Shown one piece after another: positions 28,601 to 40,422 of a stretch of DNA of 64,000 nt (the first letter of the stretch is position 1; each line of letters starts with the position of its first letter). The notes below the pieces were generated by a model. It worked only from the letters and a program-made list of their open reading frames with translations, searched no databases and was not told where the DNA came from. Source of the stretch: the human T2T-CHM13v2.0 reference genome, Homo sapiens; the NCBI RefSeq assembly GCF_009914755.1, contig NC_060925.1. The stretch is one strand, 5' to 3'. The translations under genes and the position numbers were made by a program.

Positions 28601-31490
28601 TGATATGGTTTGGCTGTGTCCCCACCCAAATCTTATCTTGAATTCCCACGTGTTGTGGGAGGGACCTGGTGAAAGGTAATTGAATAATGGGGGCAGGTCT
28701 TCCCATGCTCTTCACGTGATAGTGAATACGTCTCATGAGATCTAATGGTTTTTAAAACAGGAGTTTCCCTACATAAGCTCTCTCTTTGCCTGCTGCCATC
28801 CACATAAGATGTGACTTGCTCCTCCTTGCCTTTCACCATGATTGTGAGGCCTCCCCAGCCATGTGGAACTGTAAGTCCAATTAAAGCTCTTTCTTTTGTT
28901 AATTGCCTAGTCTTGGGTGTGTTTTTATCAGCAGTGTGAAAACAGGCTAGTACAGTAAATTGGTACCAGGAGTGGGGTGCAGCTGAAATGCATCTGAAAA
29001 TGCAGAAGCGACTTTAGAACTGGGTAACAGGCAGAGGTTGGAACAATTTGGAGGGCTCAAAATAAGATAGCAAAATGTGGGAAAGTTTGGAACTCTCTAG
29101 AGACTTGTTGAATGGCTATGATCAAAATGCTGATGATGATATGGACAATGAAATACAGGCTGAGTTGATCTCAGTTGGAGATGAGGAACTTGTTGGGAAT
29201 TGGAGCAAACGTGACTCTTGTTATGCTTTAGCAAAGAGACTGGCAGCATTTTGCCCCTGCCCTAGAGATTTGTGGAACTTTGAACTTGAGAGAGATGATT
29301 TAGGGTATCTGGCAGAAGAAATTTCTAAGCAGCAAACCATTCAAGAGGTAACTTGGGTGCTGTTAAAGGCATTCAGTTGTATAAAGGAAGCAGAGCATAG
29401 CAGTTCAGAAAATTTGCAGCCTGACAATGTGATAGAAAAGAAAAACCCACTTTCTGAGGAGAAATTCAAGCCAGCTGCATAAATTTGCATAAATAAAGGG
29501 GAGTCAAATGTTAATACCGAAGACAATGGGGAAAATGTCTCCAGGACATGTCAGAGGTCTTCACAGAAGCCCCTCCCATCAGAGGCCTGGAGGCCTATGA
29601 GAAAATGGTTTTGTGGGTCAGGCCCAGGGTCCCCATGCTGTGTGCAGCCTAGGGACTTTGTGCCCTGCATCTCAGCTGCTCCAGCTGTGGCTGAAAGGAG
29701 CCAGTGTAGAGTTCAGGCCATGGTTTCAGAGGGTGTAAGCCCCAAACCTTGGCAGTTTCCACATGGTGTTGACCCTGTGAGTACATAAAATTCAAGAATT
29801 GGGGTTTGCATTGTGGAAGTCAGTGTGGCGATTCCTCAGGGATCTAGAACTGGAAATACCATTTGACCCAGCCATCCCATTACTGGGTATATACCCAAAG
29901 GACTATAAATCATGCTGCTATAAAGACACATGCACATGTATGTTTATTGCGGCATTATTCACAATAGCAAAGACTTGGAACCAACCCAAATGTCCAACAA
30001 TAATAGACTGGATTAAGAAAATGTGGCACATATACACCATGGAATACTATGCAGCCATAAAAAATGATGAGTTCATGTCCTTTGTAGGGACATGGATGAA
30101 ATTGGAAAACATCATTCTCAGTAAACTATCGCAAGAACAAAAAACCAAACACCGCATATTTTCACTCATAGGTGGGAATTGAACAATGAGATCACATGGA
30201 CACAGGAAGGGGAACATCACACTCTGGGGACTGTTGTAGGGTGGGGTGAGGGGGGAGGGATAGCATTGGGAGATATACCTAATGGTAAATGACGAGTTAG
30301 TGGGTGCAGTGCACCAGCATGGCACATGTATACATATGTAACTAACCTGCACAATGTGCACATGTACCCTAAAACTTAAAGTATAATAATAAAAAAAAAA
30401 AAGAATTGGGGTTTGGGAACCTCTGCCTGGATTTCAGAAGATGTATGGAAATGCCTGGATTCCCAGGGAGAAGTTTGCTGAAGGGGTGGGGCACTCATGG
30501 ATAACCTCTGCTAGGGAAGTACAGAAGGCAAATGTGGGGTTGAAGCTCCCACACAAAGTCCCCACTGGGGTGATCCCTTGTGGAGCTGTGAGAAGAGGAC
30601 CATCATCCTCCAGACCCCAGAATGGTATATCCACCAAAAGCTTGCACCGTGCACCTGGAAAAGTTGCAGATGCTCAACACCAGCCTGTGAAACCAGCTAG
30701 GAGGGAGGCTGTACCCTGCAAAGCCACAGGGGTGGAGCTGCCTAAGACCATGGGAACCCACCTCTTGCATCAGCATGATCTGGATATGAGACATGGAGTC
30801 AAAGGAGATCATTTTGAGGCTTTAAGATTTGACTGCCCTGCTGGATTTTGGACTTGCATGGGGCCTGTAGACCCTTTGTTTTGGCCAATTTCTCCCATTT
30901 GGAATGGCTGTATTTACCCAATGCCTGTATCCCCATTGTACCTAGGAAGTAACTAACCTGCTTTTGATTTTACAGGCTCATAGGCAGAAGGGAATTTCCT
31001 TGTCTCAGATGAGACTTTGGACTGTGGACTTTTGAGTTAATGCTGAAATGAGTTAAGACTTTGGGGTACTGTTGGGAAGGCATGATTGTGTTTTGAAATA
31101 TAAGGATGTGAGATTTGGGAAGGGCAACGGGTGGAATGATATGGTTTGGCTGTGAACCCACCCACACCTCATCTCGAACTCCCACTATTGTGGGAGGGAC
31201 CTGGTGTGAGGTAATTGAATCATGGGGGTAGGTATTGCCTGTGCTGTTCTCATGATAGTGAATAAGTCACATGAGATATGATGGTCTTTAAAATGGGAGT
31301 TTTCCCACACAAGTTCTCTCTTTGCCTGCCGCCATCCACGTAAGATGTGACTTGCTCCTCCTTGCCTTTCACCATGATTGTGAGGCCTCCCCAGCCATGT
31401 GGAACTGTAAGTCTAATTAAACCTCTTCCTTTTGTAAATTGCCCAGTCTCGGATACGTTTTTTTCAGCAGCATGAAAACAGATGAATACA
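28601..31490 (+). mobile_element. Full-length THE1 (THE1A/B-type MaLR): 5'LTR 28601-28954, internal 28955-31136, 3'LTR 31137-31490
   Basis: Two tgatatggtttggctgtg...taca LTRs; internal region starts gtaaattggtacc; 5-bp TSD gtatc/atatc; ORFs 29075-29482 and 30441-30956 are THE1-internal remnants. Confidence 0.96.
29809..30400 (+). mobile_element. 5'-truncated young L1 (L1PA2/PA3-like) inserted in the THE1 internal region; ORF2 C-terminus plus 3'UTR and poly-A
   Basis: Translates to WRFLRDLELEIPFDPAIPLLGIYP...HRIFSLIGGN* (L1 ORF2p end); gacgagttagtggg (GAG, not the L1HS ACA/ACG diagnostic); perfect 15-bp TSD aagaattggggtttg (29794-29808, 30401-30415). Confidence 0.97.
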
Positions 31491-33183
31491 ATATCTAAAT
31501 AATTATGAATGTGAATGTGAGGCTTCAGGTACCAAATGAAATGTTATCATTATTTCTGAATTTCTCTAGCTTACTTTCTGTATCATTAGTTTGGAATATC
31601 TTTCACACACTGTTAGTCATAATTTCTATATCTGTTTTATTTATCTGAAGAGATTATAAACTCCTGGAGGACAGCAGCCTCATTGTGTCATGAAAAGCCT
31701 TTCAGGCAAGAGGAAAATGCTTCTTATTTTGAAGTTTTTATTTAGGACTTCTTTTCAGGAGCCATTCTGAAGATGCCTACTGCAACTGTAATACATCAAG
31801 AGGGGTTCATTCTGATTGAATGAATTATTTTTTATGAACTATAAAAATAAAAATGGGGAGGCTTATTTCCAACTGATCTTATTAAATTCCATTCTCAGAC
31901 TTTCAAAATGTTTCAACATTAAATGGAAAAGATCTATACATTTTGGTGAGTATCAATGAAGAATCATCTAAAAGAAAATATAAAATAAGGAGTACTCATA
32001 GTCCAGTGGAAAGACTTCAGGATCATGATAGGGGAAATGTGTAAGCCGGAGATCAGACCCCAGAGATTTTATTTGTTCATTCAGCAAGATGGTCTGCTTG
32101 GACCAGACTTCAGGGAAGATCAAGATGAGGTCTCTGCCCTCGCACAACTAACAGTTTAGTGAGTTGCCAATATAGCAACGCTACCTCAACGGATGCACAC
32201 GCCATGGCAGTAATGACACAGAGCAAGTGCTCTAGACCTTCAACACCTGGGACATTTCATATCCAACCTATTGAAGAAGGGGTGGTTTTTAACAACTACA
32301 TCATAGAGAATATTCCAAGCCATTCCTTGATTGGGAAACAAGTGCTCTCAGCTGTAAAGAAGGATGAATTAATTATTTATGGTTAAAACTAGTCCATCCA
32401 AAAGGTCAGTTTTACTGATTGTTCTCTCTTTTGTTGAGGAAGAATTGTTAAAATATTATTGTGACATACAAATATTTTAAACTATGGTTTTTAAACTGTG
32501 CTCCTAGGATCCCTAAATTTTTCAGATGTGCCTCCGGGGACCCTGTGTGGTAGCAGGTTAGGGTTACGAAGAGGTCTACCCTAGTCTTGCCACCCCTTCT
32601 TCAACTTAAGAAGCTCCATTTAATGTTTTAGGATTATGGGGTGGGGGGGGCTTAATTTTACAGTTTAATATGAAATGGGTTTTCTTTGGTGGTGGGGGGA
32701 CTCTGCAGCTTTTTTACAGTGTATAAACTAGTGGTTTAAAAAATGGAAAAGTCAGATATAAGCACGTGTTTTACCTATTTCTATTTGAGAAGCATATTGA
32801 ATTTCGATGACGTACAGCACAGGATGCACGGGGAAGTTTTCTGTTTTTTGTTTTTTTGGCCTTCATTTACGCAAGTTAGTGTCATGAAGATTACTTCTCT
32901 AGTAGGTCAGGGTGCTAAATGATACTGTGGAATAAACATTTAGGAAATGCAAAGCTACTTGTCAAAGTAACTTAATATCATTACTTAGTTTTCTCCAGGA
33001 AGATCCAATGGAACTGGACATCACTGTCAAATACCATTTCCTAGCACTGGCAGTAGAGCCCATATTGAAGTAAAACATATACCAATTTTGACAGGAAGCC
33101 TACATATATAGAGTGTTTATGTAAGATAAAGATGTGTTCATTTCCAAAGGTAGTTTAAAATTCAACCAAACTAAAATACCATA

Positions 33184-33537
33184 TGATATGGTTTGGATCT
33201 GTGTCCCCACCCAAATCTCATCTTGAATTGTACCCCCATAATTCCCACGTGTTGTGGGAGGGACCCGGTGGAAGATAATTTGAATCATGGGGGTGGTTTC
33301 CCCATACTGTTCTCATGATAGTGAGTAAGTCTCATCAGATCTGATGGTTTTATCAGGGGTTTCCGCTTTTGCATCTTTCTCATTTTCTCTTGCCACAGTC
33401 ACGTTAGAAGTGCCTCTCACCTCCCGCCATGATTCCAAGGCCTCCCCAACCATGTGGAACTGTAAGTCCAATTAAACCTCTTTTTCTTCCCAGTCTCAGG
33501 TATGTCTTTTTCAGCAGCATGAAAATGGAATAATACA
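33184..33537 (+). mobile_element. THE1A-like solo LTR
   Basis: tgatatggtttgg...ttttatcaggggtttccgcttttgcatc...taataca. Confidence 0.93.
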
Positions 33538-33743
33538 CAGTACTATTCATTATTTCAATTCTTTTAAAATTATTACTATTTTATTTTTTTAATTGGCAGA
33601 TAAAATTTTATGTATTCATTCACACACAACATGATGTTTTGAAGTATACATACATTGTGGATTAATTAATTTTAGCTAATCAACTTATGGATTACCTCAC
33701 ATAGTTATGATTTTTGTGGTAAGAACAGTTAGCATCCACTCTC

Positions 33744-34262
33744 AAATATATCAGACACAGAAAGTTAAATACTGCATGCTGTCACTTATAAGTGGAAACA
33801 ATAGTGTGTAAACATGGACATAGAAAGTAGAATAATAGACACTGGAGATTCAGAAAGGTGGGAAGGTGGGACGGGGGTGAGGAATGAGAAGTTACATAAT
33901 GGATACAATGTTCACTATTTTTCTGTGTGTCCAATCTTTTCACTTCCTGGGTCACACTGGAGGAAGAGGAAGCATTGTCTTGGGCCCCACATAAAATACA
34001 CTAACACTAACAATAGCCGATGAGCTAAAAAAAAAAAAAAAAATCTCCAAAAAAGAATTTCATAATGTTGTTGACGAACTTCTGCTGGCCCACATTCAAA
34101 ACCATCCTGGGCCACATGTAGCCTGCGGGCTGAGGGTTGGACAAGCTCAATTTAGATGATGTTTACACCAAAAGCCCAGACTTCATCATTATGCACTATA
34201 TCCATGTAACAAACTGCACTTATACCCCTGAAAGCTATAAAAATAAGAAATAAAATTTTAAA
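33744..34262 (+). mobile_element. L1MA/L1PB-type 3' end (sense), split by MER30
   Basis: tcacttataagtgg...atagacactggagattcagaaagg...aaagcccagacttc...atccatgtaacaaactgcacttatacccc plus A-tail; TSD atccactctc (33734-33743, 34263-34272). Confidence 0.8.
33923..34149 (+). mobile_element. MER30 (hAT-Charlie DNA transposon)
   Basis: gtgtccaatctttt...cacataaaatacactaacactaac...gggttggacaagct. Confidence 0.9.
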
Positions 34263-35729
34263 ATCCACTCTCTTAGCATTTTTCAAAAATACAATATATC
34301 GCTCTTAACTATAGTCACCATGTCGTACATTATTTAAATTCTCTCATGCATTTTTACTCCCTTCCAGTGCCCACTGTGAACTATTGCTACAGGGGAATTT
34401 AGATGTGTAATTGCCATTAACAATATGACAGAAATAGCAACTGTGTAACTAATTCCCCACATTGTATGTATCTTCTGCTCACACTACATAGAACATTTTT
34501 CCTCATGATTCTGAAAGTAAGTAAGCAGCACACCACCCCCTTGAAAAGTGGAGCAAATTCAGAAATTCTTGTGATTGTGTTGGGTCAAGTCTTGGTCATT
34601 ATGTGTGCTGTGTGCCGTGTGCTGCGTGCTGTGTGCTGGAGTCATTATCTTTACGTACACGCAGGATACTAATGCTGACATCTAATTATCGTTATAAAAC
34701 TGATTAACTCTCAATAAGGTCAGCATAAAGCAGAGAAATACATCTTTATGCAATCTATTAGGTCATTTGTTTAATAAATTAAAATACTTAAGGAAGGAAA
34801 ATCAGTCTGGCATTTTCTTCAGTCAATTCTCTTTGGCAGATGACTGAATTGCAGAGAAATTCAAAGAGTGGAGGCAACACTACATTAAAAGCTCCATAAT
34901 CAAAACAGAGAGCATAAAAACACTTGAGCATTGTCTAATGGACAATTTATCATCCAAACAGATGCATTCATTAAGGGAAAAATTACCTTCAAATATCAGT
35001 AAAATAAATTGGGCCTATTCTGATTTCTTGTTTTTGCAGCAAGAGTGTTCCAAACTATGGAAACAAGTATATAAAAGACGCTTCAGTGCAGGAGCAGGAC
35101 ATTTTGGGCATTTAAGTTTATTGTGCAAAGCTGTTTGAACTGCTTGAAGATGGTAAATCAAGCAAATATGGAACATTCCAACTGATAATGTCTTTCTGGG
35201 CCAATTATTTCTCTTCTACATTTCAAAGACAGGGACTGTTTTGTTATTTCATGGCTATTGTTATTATTAATGCTACCACTACTACTAATAAGAAATCATT
35301 TTCTGCTTTGCCTTAGCAACATGGACTCCAATCACTCACCATAGGCTCCACTTCTGTGGCAGGAAAACATCTCTCAAGCACAGAGCCAAAAGATTGGCCC
35401 CTCACGCTGTCTCTCCTTATGTGAATTCTTGGTGCTAAGCTCACAGTCAGATGGCAGAGGGAATCACTCTGTACAGTTGGTGGCCTGAGTCTTGTGCTCC
35501 ATCAATTTGCATTACTGCTCAGAAATTAACACCAAGCAGCAGCGCTGTCATTGCCTTAAGACCATAATCCAGCCACAAATGGAATAAAAAACTTTCATAA
35601 ATAAACAGGCTAAGCAGTAGCTCACTGAGTTGTGGCCCTCAGGCATGTGCAAAGCTCATCTTTTCCCTGTGGTTGAACTTACAGACAGCTGCTCTAAACT
35701 TACTGGCACTGACGGTAGTAGTGACAATA

Positions 35730-35850
35730 ATGGCTGTTGTTTACAGAGCATCTACTATGTGCCAAGCACTGTTCTTGTGTTGTCTCTAATCCTCAAAACA
35801 AATCTGCCTATGGATGTTATTATGATTTTACAGATGAGAAACTGAGGTTC
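35730..35850 (-). mobile_element. MIR
   Basis: tactatgtgccaagcactg...attttacagatgagaaactgagg. Confidence 0.8.
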
Positions 35851-36099
35851 AAACTCAGATGCCTGAAGTCTTTCCACTACATACACTGCTTCTCTGCTTA
35901 TCGAGCCCCAACCGTAAACATTTTCTACATGTTGATTAATAGGCTACTGAACATTTGGGTCATTTTATTTTGCACATGATAAAATGGAGGCAGTAATAGG
36001 TAAAGTGTACACCATCAGTTTGAAGCTGACCAATTAAAGTTTGGATAACCCACATGAAGTTTTGGTACATTGAGCCAGTCTGCTTCTATGGAGAGGGAG

Positions 36100-36420
36100 G
36101 CGTTGTAGTGACAACAGCAAGGACTTTAATGTTAATCTGACCTAAGGTTACATCTGATTCTGTGATCTTTGGGAAATTAGTTAATTTTTCTGATCTTTAT
36201 TTTTTCATGTATGAAATAATTACAATAGCTAAAATTTATTGAGCATTTACAATGTACGAAAAACTTTTTGAAGTCTCATTATTTATAATATCTAAATTCA
36301 TTTAATCTTCAAAACTTTTCTAAGTCTCTTATAATATCTAAATTCATTTAATCCAGGGTGATAATGGCTAGGAAGTGCCAGAAGAGATGTTGCAACTCAT
36401 ATATTCTGACTCTAAATCCC
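36100..36420. mobile_element. MIR fragments (two orientations) with an internal ~45-bp duplication
   Basis: tgtgatctttgggaaattagttaa; ttataatatctaaattcatttaatc occurs twice. Confidence 0.6.
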
Positions 36421-36849
36421 AGGGTTATGGCTGTCTTACACGTCCCAGCCTCACCAGGCTGTTTGAAAGATCGGTGGTTATATACAGTATATGAAATACA
36501 TGTTCACAGGCATTATGGCTTATTGAGACTGTAGCCATATTTTAAAAACTTTTAAATGCCAATATATCACACATAATAATAATAACTACATCATGGTAGT
36601 TGTTTAGAGCAAGCTGACTTTGTAAATGAGTCCAAGAATATGCCACAAATTTGCTGTATTAAAGAAACAACAAGCTCCCTAGAAGTCTTTATTCAAAATG
36701 TATATATCAATGAGATAAAATGGTAAGTTCTTGAGAGAAGAAGCAGTGTCTTAAGTATGTTGTTAGCCTAGGAACAGTACTTTGCATTTAGAAAACACTC
36801 TGAAAATTGACTCAAGTTGTATTGCACAAGGAAAAAAATAAGCATAAGC

Positions 36850-37350
36850 ATTGTGTTTATAGTTTAGTCATCTGGGGATGCAAAGATGAATTTGACATGA
36901 CTCTTGTCCCTGGGGAATCCATGATCCAGTAATAGTAAAAATATAGATAAGGAAGTAAAATACAAACTTGAAGTGACATAGCTGTGATATGGAGGTCTAT
37001 ATAGGAAGGAGTGGCTTACTCTGCCCAGGAATGTTGAAGAAGACCTCTTCAAGGAGGAAATTTTTAAGAACTGTCATGAAAGATGATTAGAAAATATCTA
37101 AGTAGACAAAGAGGACTCTGTGCGCAACATAAATGCAGCTCAAGATGTCAAAATTTACAAATGACAATTTTAGGTTATAGATTGGACTCTGCAACCAAGT
37201 GTATACATTATTGGAGTAGAAGATGCATAATAATTAGTGGGGAGCCAGTATGAGGTTCTAAAATTGACACTAGAAAGGTAAACTGTGGTCATTTTTAAAG
37301 AGGTTTTATGACATGCTTAATATAAGGCGCTTATATTCCAACTATAGGCA
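36850..37350 (-). mobile_element. L2 fragment
   Basis: Degenerate purine-rich L2-like sequence (gaagacctcttcaaggagga...gaaagatgattag). Confidence 0.5.
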
Positions 37351-37539
37351 TCATGGATGTAGACAGGGCAGTGGGACTCATTAGAAATAATGATGAGAAT
37401 GAAGTGAGAAAGGCCCAGCAAGGCTCGTGGCTGCCACTCTTCACCACTTTATATTCTCCCTCAGTGGACAAATTACTACCAGTTCAATTTCAATCAGTAT
37501 TTCAAAATTTTTCATTTACTTATTTCTATTTTAATTTAA

Positions 37540-37807
37540 TATTTATTATTTATTTTTGAAACAGGATCTCACTCTGTCACTCGCTGCAGCCTCAATCTCT
37601 CCCACTTAAGCAATCCTCAAACTTCAGCCTCCTTAGTAGCTGAGACCACAGACTTGACTAGTTTGTTGTTGTTATTGTTGTTGTTGTTGTTGCAGAAATG
37701 GGGTCTCACTATGTTGCCCAGGCTGGTGTTGAACTCCTGGGCTCAAGGGATCCTCCTGCCTCAGCTCCCAATGTGCTGGGATTACAGGTGTGAGTCACTG
37801 TGCCCAG
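37540..37807 (-). mobile_element. AluJ with internal deletions and a (TTG)n linker
   Basis: ggtctcactatgttgcccaggctgg...ctcctgggctcaag...gattacaggtgtgag. Confidence 0.9.
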
Positions 37808-38119
37808 TTTCTTATTTTAATTTTAAATTTACCAGTAACAAAAAAATCCATGAAGTAGTCAAAATAGAGCTATATGTGCTTTCTTCTACACAAACTCTCT
37901 TCTTGCTCATCATACCTTCCTATCCAGTCTCTTGGGCATAGGTGTCTTGTTGATAGGGGGATGACAGAAGACGAGATATAATATGCATTTTCATGATAAC
38001 CAAGATTTGATTGGGAATGACTAGGTTAGGGTAGCATATGCAAATCGAACACCCTAATAGTCCCATGAGGAAAAGCCTAAGGACTAGTCTTATTTCTCCT
38101 ACAAGCAGAATTATAGCCC

Positions 38120-38240
38120 CTGGTTTATGGATTTACTAGCTGTGTAATAATTGGGCACGTTTCTCACTTCTCTGGGCTTTACTTTCTATATCTGCATAAT
38201 GAGGGGCTGGACTGGATGATATCTAACATATATCATGGCT
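38120..38240 (+). mobile_element. MIR3-like fragment
   Basis: atttactagctgtgt...tgggcac...cacttctctgggc...atctgcataatgagggg. Confidence 0.65.
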
Positions 38241-40422
38241 CAAACATTCTCTGAGGTAGCTGTGGTCATGAAGAATTTCAAAATCTCAGTGCCTTAACAC
38301 ACACACAGAAGTTTCTTTCTCACACCCTGCTACATATCCCTCATGGGTAGTCTTTGGAGATTCTACTCAGCAGAGTCACTAGTACCCAAGCTAATGGCAT
38401 TTAATAGTCGCACCGCCTGAAACATGTGATCTCTCATTGCTAGGGCAGAGAGAAAGAGGGCGCTGAAGGATTTTGCATAGACAACTAATTTCCACTTACA
38501 GCCTACTGTCCAGAGCTAGTCACAAAGCTCTCTTTCCTGCAAAGAGGCCAAGAAGTGCAGTTCTTCCTGTGCTCAGATGGAGAGGACAACAGGAAACGAA
38601 CAAGCACTTGAATTCTCTAGTATCTGGAGCAAGCAGAAGGAATGACATCAGGGCATCTAGAACATCCTGTGCTCCCAGGCTCTCTGGTAAAGAGATTGTA
38701 GAGTGGGTGAACAATGGTAGCTAGCAAGGCACAGTGAAGAGAATTTTTCCTCCTTTCTCTACAGTCCTCTTAAGGGAAAAAAATTCAAACCATCTGAAAT
38801 AATTATAGCACTAGCTCTTACTTTGAAGAGCAGCACACTGCCAGTCCGTATTTGGTTTGTTTTAGAAGGTTCATGATTTAAAACAAGCAGGTAATTTCCA
38901 CTGAAGATTTTTTTTAGGTTCCTTATACCTAAAGTCCATTTCTAAACTTGAAGGGTTTATTCAGCCTAAGAGCCAAATCACATTTTAGCAACAGCTACGT
39001 TGCATAACGCGAAATGCTTTGATTTCTCCCATCTAAGTTGAAAAAGTTGTCACAAAACACCAACAGATTCAAAACAGCTCTCAAAATGACTTTTGTTAAA
39101 GGCAGATTCCTGAACTATTCATCTGTGTTAAAATGCATTTTGCCTTGAATCATATGTCATGTTGCCAGCAAAGAGTTGTTTCCATGCCAACTCGTTTGCA
39201 ACACGAGGGAAAAAAATCAAAGCTACTAACATCTGGAAGATGTCAGTACTGATGTAAGCCACTTATAATGAAAAACACAGGACTGTGAGTGCCTGCCAAA
39301 GAGACCCTATATAAGGGGGTAAAATTTTATAATATAATTGCCTAACAATGTATTACTATTCCTTTTCTGGCTGTTTTCTTGATCTAAACACTATTCCAGA
39401 AAAGGCTTGCAGAAAGGAAAAATTAATATGCTTCATATGCAGTGTTTTTCTTACAAAGCTAGCACATCTTTCTGACATGAGTCTTTTAACAAGCCACTTA
39501 ATTTTATGCATAGTCTTAAAAGTGGGACACAAAACAAATTGTTTCATTTTCTACACCTTTTCCAGCTATGGTCCTGCAAAGTCTCTTTTTAAATAGTCTA
39601 TCAGTGAGATAAATGAGACCCGGGGTCTCAACAATGAATTGCATGACCAGCAGTTCCTACATACTTATTTCTTTTTCTATATAGTTCTGCTTTCCTTTGT
39701 CTGTGTGTGTGTTTTTGCCAGCAGGTGTGCACTTCTGTGCATCTACCTCTACAAATCGTTAAATAAAATGGATTAGTTTCTTTACGTCCTAAATGATAAA
39801 TAATGTCACAGGCCAGAGTGGCTTCTCAGAAGTGCCATCCAAAGGTCAAAGAACCTAAGAACACTAAATTTTGAGATGACACCGAATACTGTTAGAACAG
39901 CTCAGATCTTTCACAAGTGGCAAGGCCTCACTGACTACACTTACTTGATAATGGAAAAGCATGGGGGTTTTGTGTCATGACTTAAAAATGGAATATAAGT
40001 TTGTAGTAAACTTTAGCAGATAGTAAGCACAGAGAGGTTCATGTGAACAGAAATCATTTGTATTCCTTCCCCAGGCTTACTCAGGCAGGACTTCAGTTTC
40101 CTCTTGTCCTCCAAATACTTCTAGTTGTCTGCAGAGCATGCCTCATTCATGCACTCAGGAAAACTCTGCTCAGCTGTACTGTCAACAGTTCTTTTTCTCT
40201 TCTCCTGCTTTGCTCACTTTCATCCCTAGCAGGTGCCATCTCCTGCCAGACACCAGATCTGCCACCCAGCATTGCTGCTCCTACCAACAGGTTAGGGTTT
40301 CGATGAGCCAAAGCTGCACAAGTGTCTATTTCAAGGTGGGGAGGAATTTCCTGGTGGATGTTTTTCTCCAATGAGATTCTACTCAGTGTTACTTCTTGTC
40401 AGAATATTTGGTGAAACAATTT

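Larger units (their letters stand above)
33580..34330 (-). mobile_element. L1MA-type 3' end (antisense), split by a second L1 at 33744-34262
   Basis: acaacatgatgttttgaagtat...acctcacatagttat...atccactctc | atccactctcttagcatttttcaaaaatacaat. Confidence 0.75.

Noticed and set aside
29075-30956. ORFs of 135, 127 and 171 aa as host genes
   Set aside because: They are THE1-internal remnants and the L1 ORF2p C-terminus of a 5'-truncated copy, not functional genes.
39306-39316. CArG box (SRF) cctatataagg
   Set aside because: Has seven A/T between CC and GG rather than the required six.
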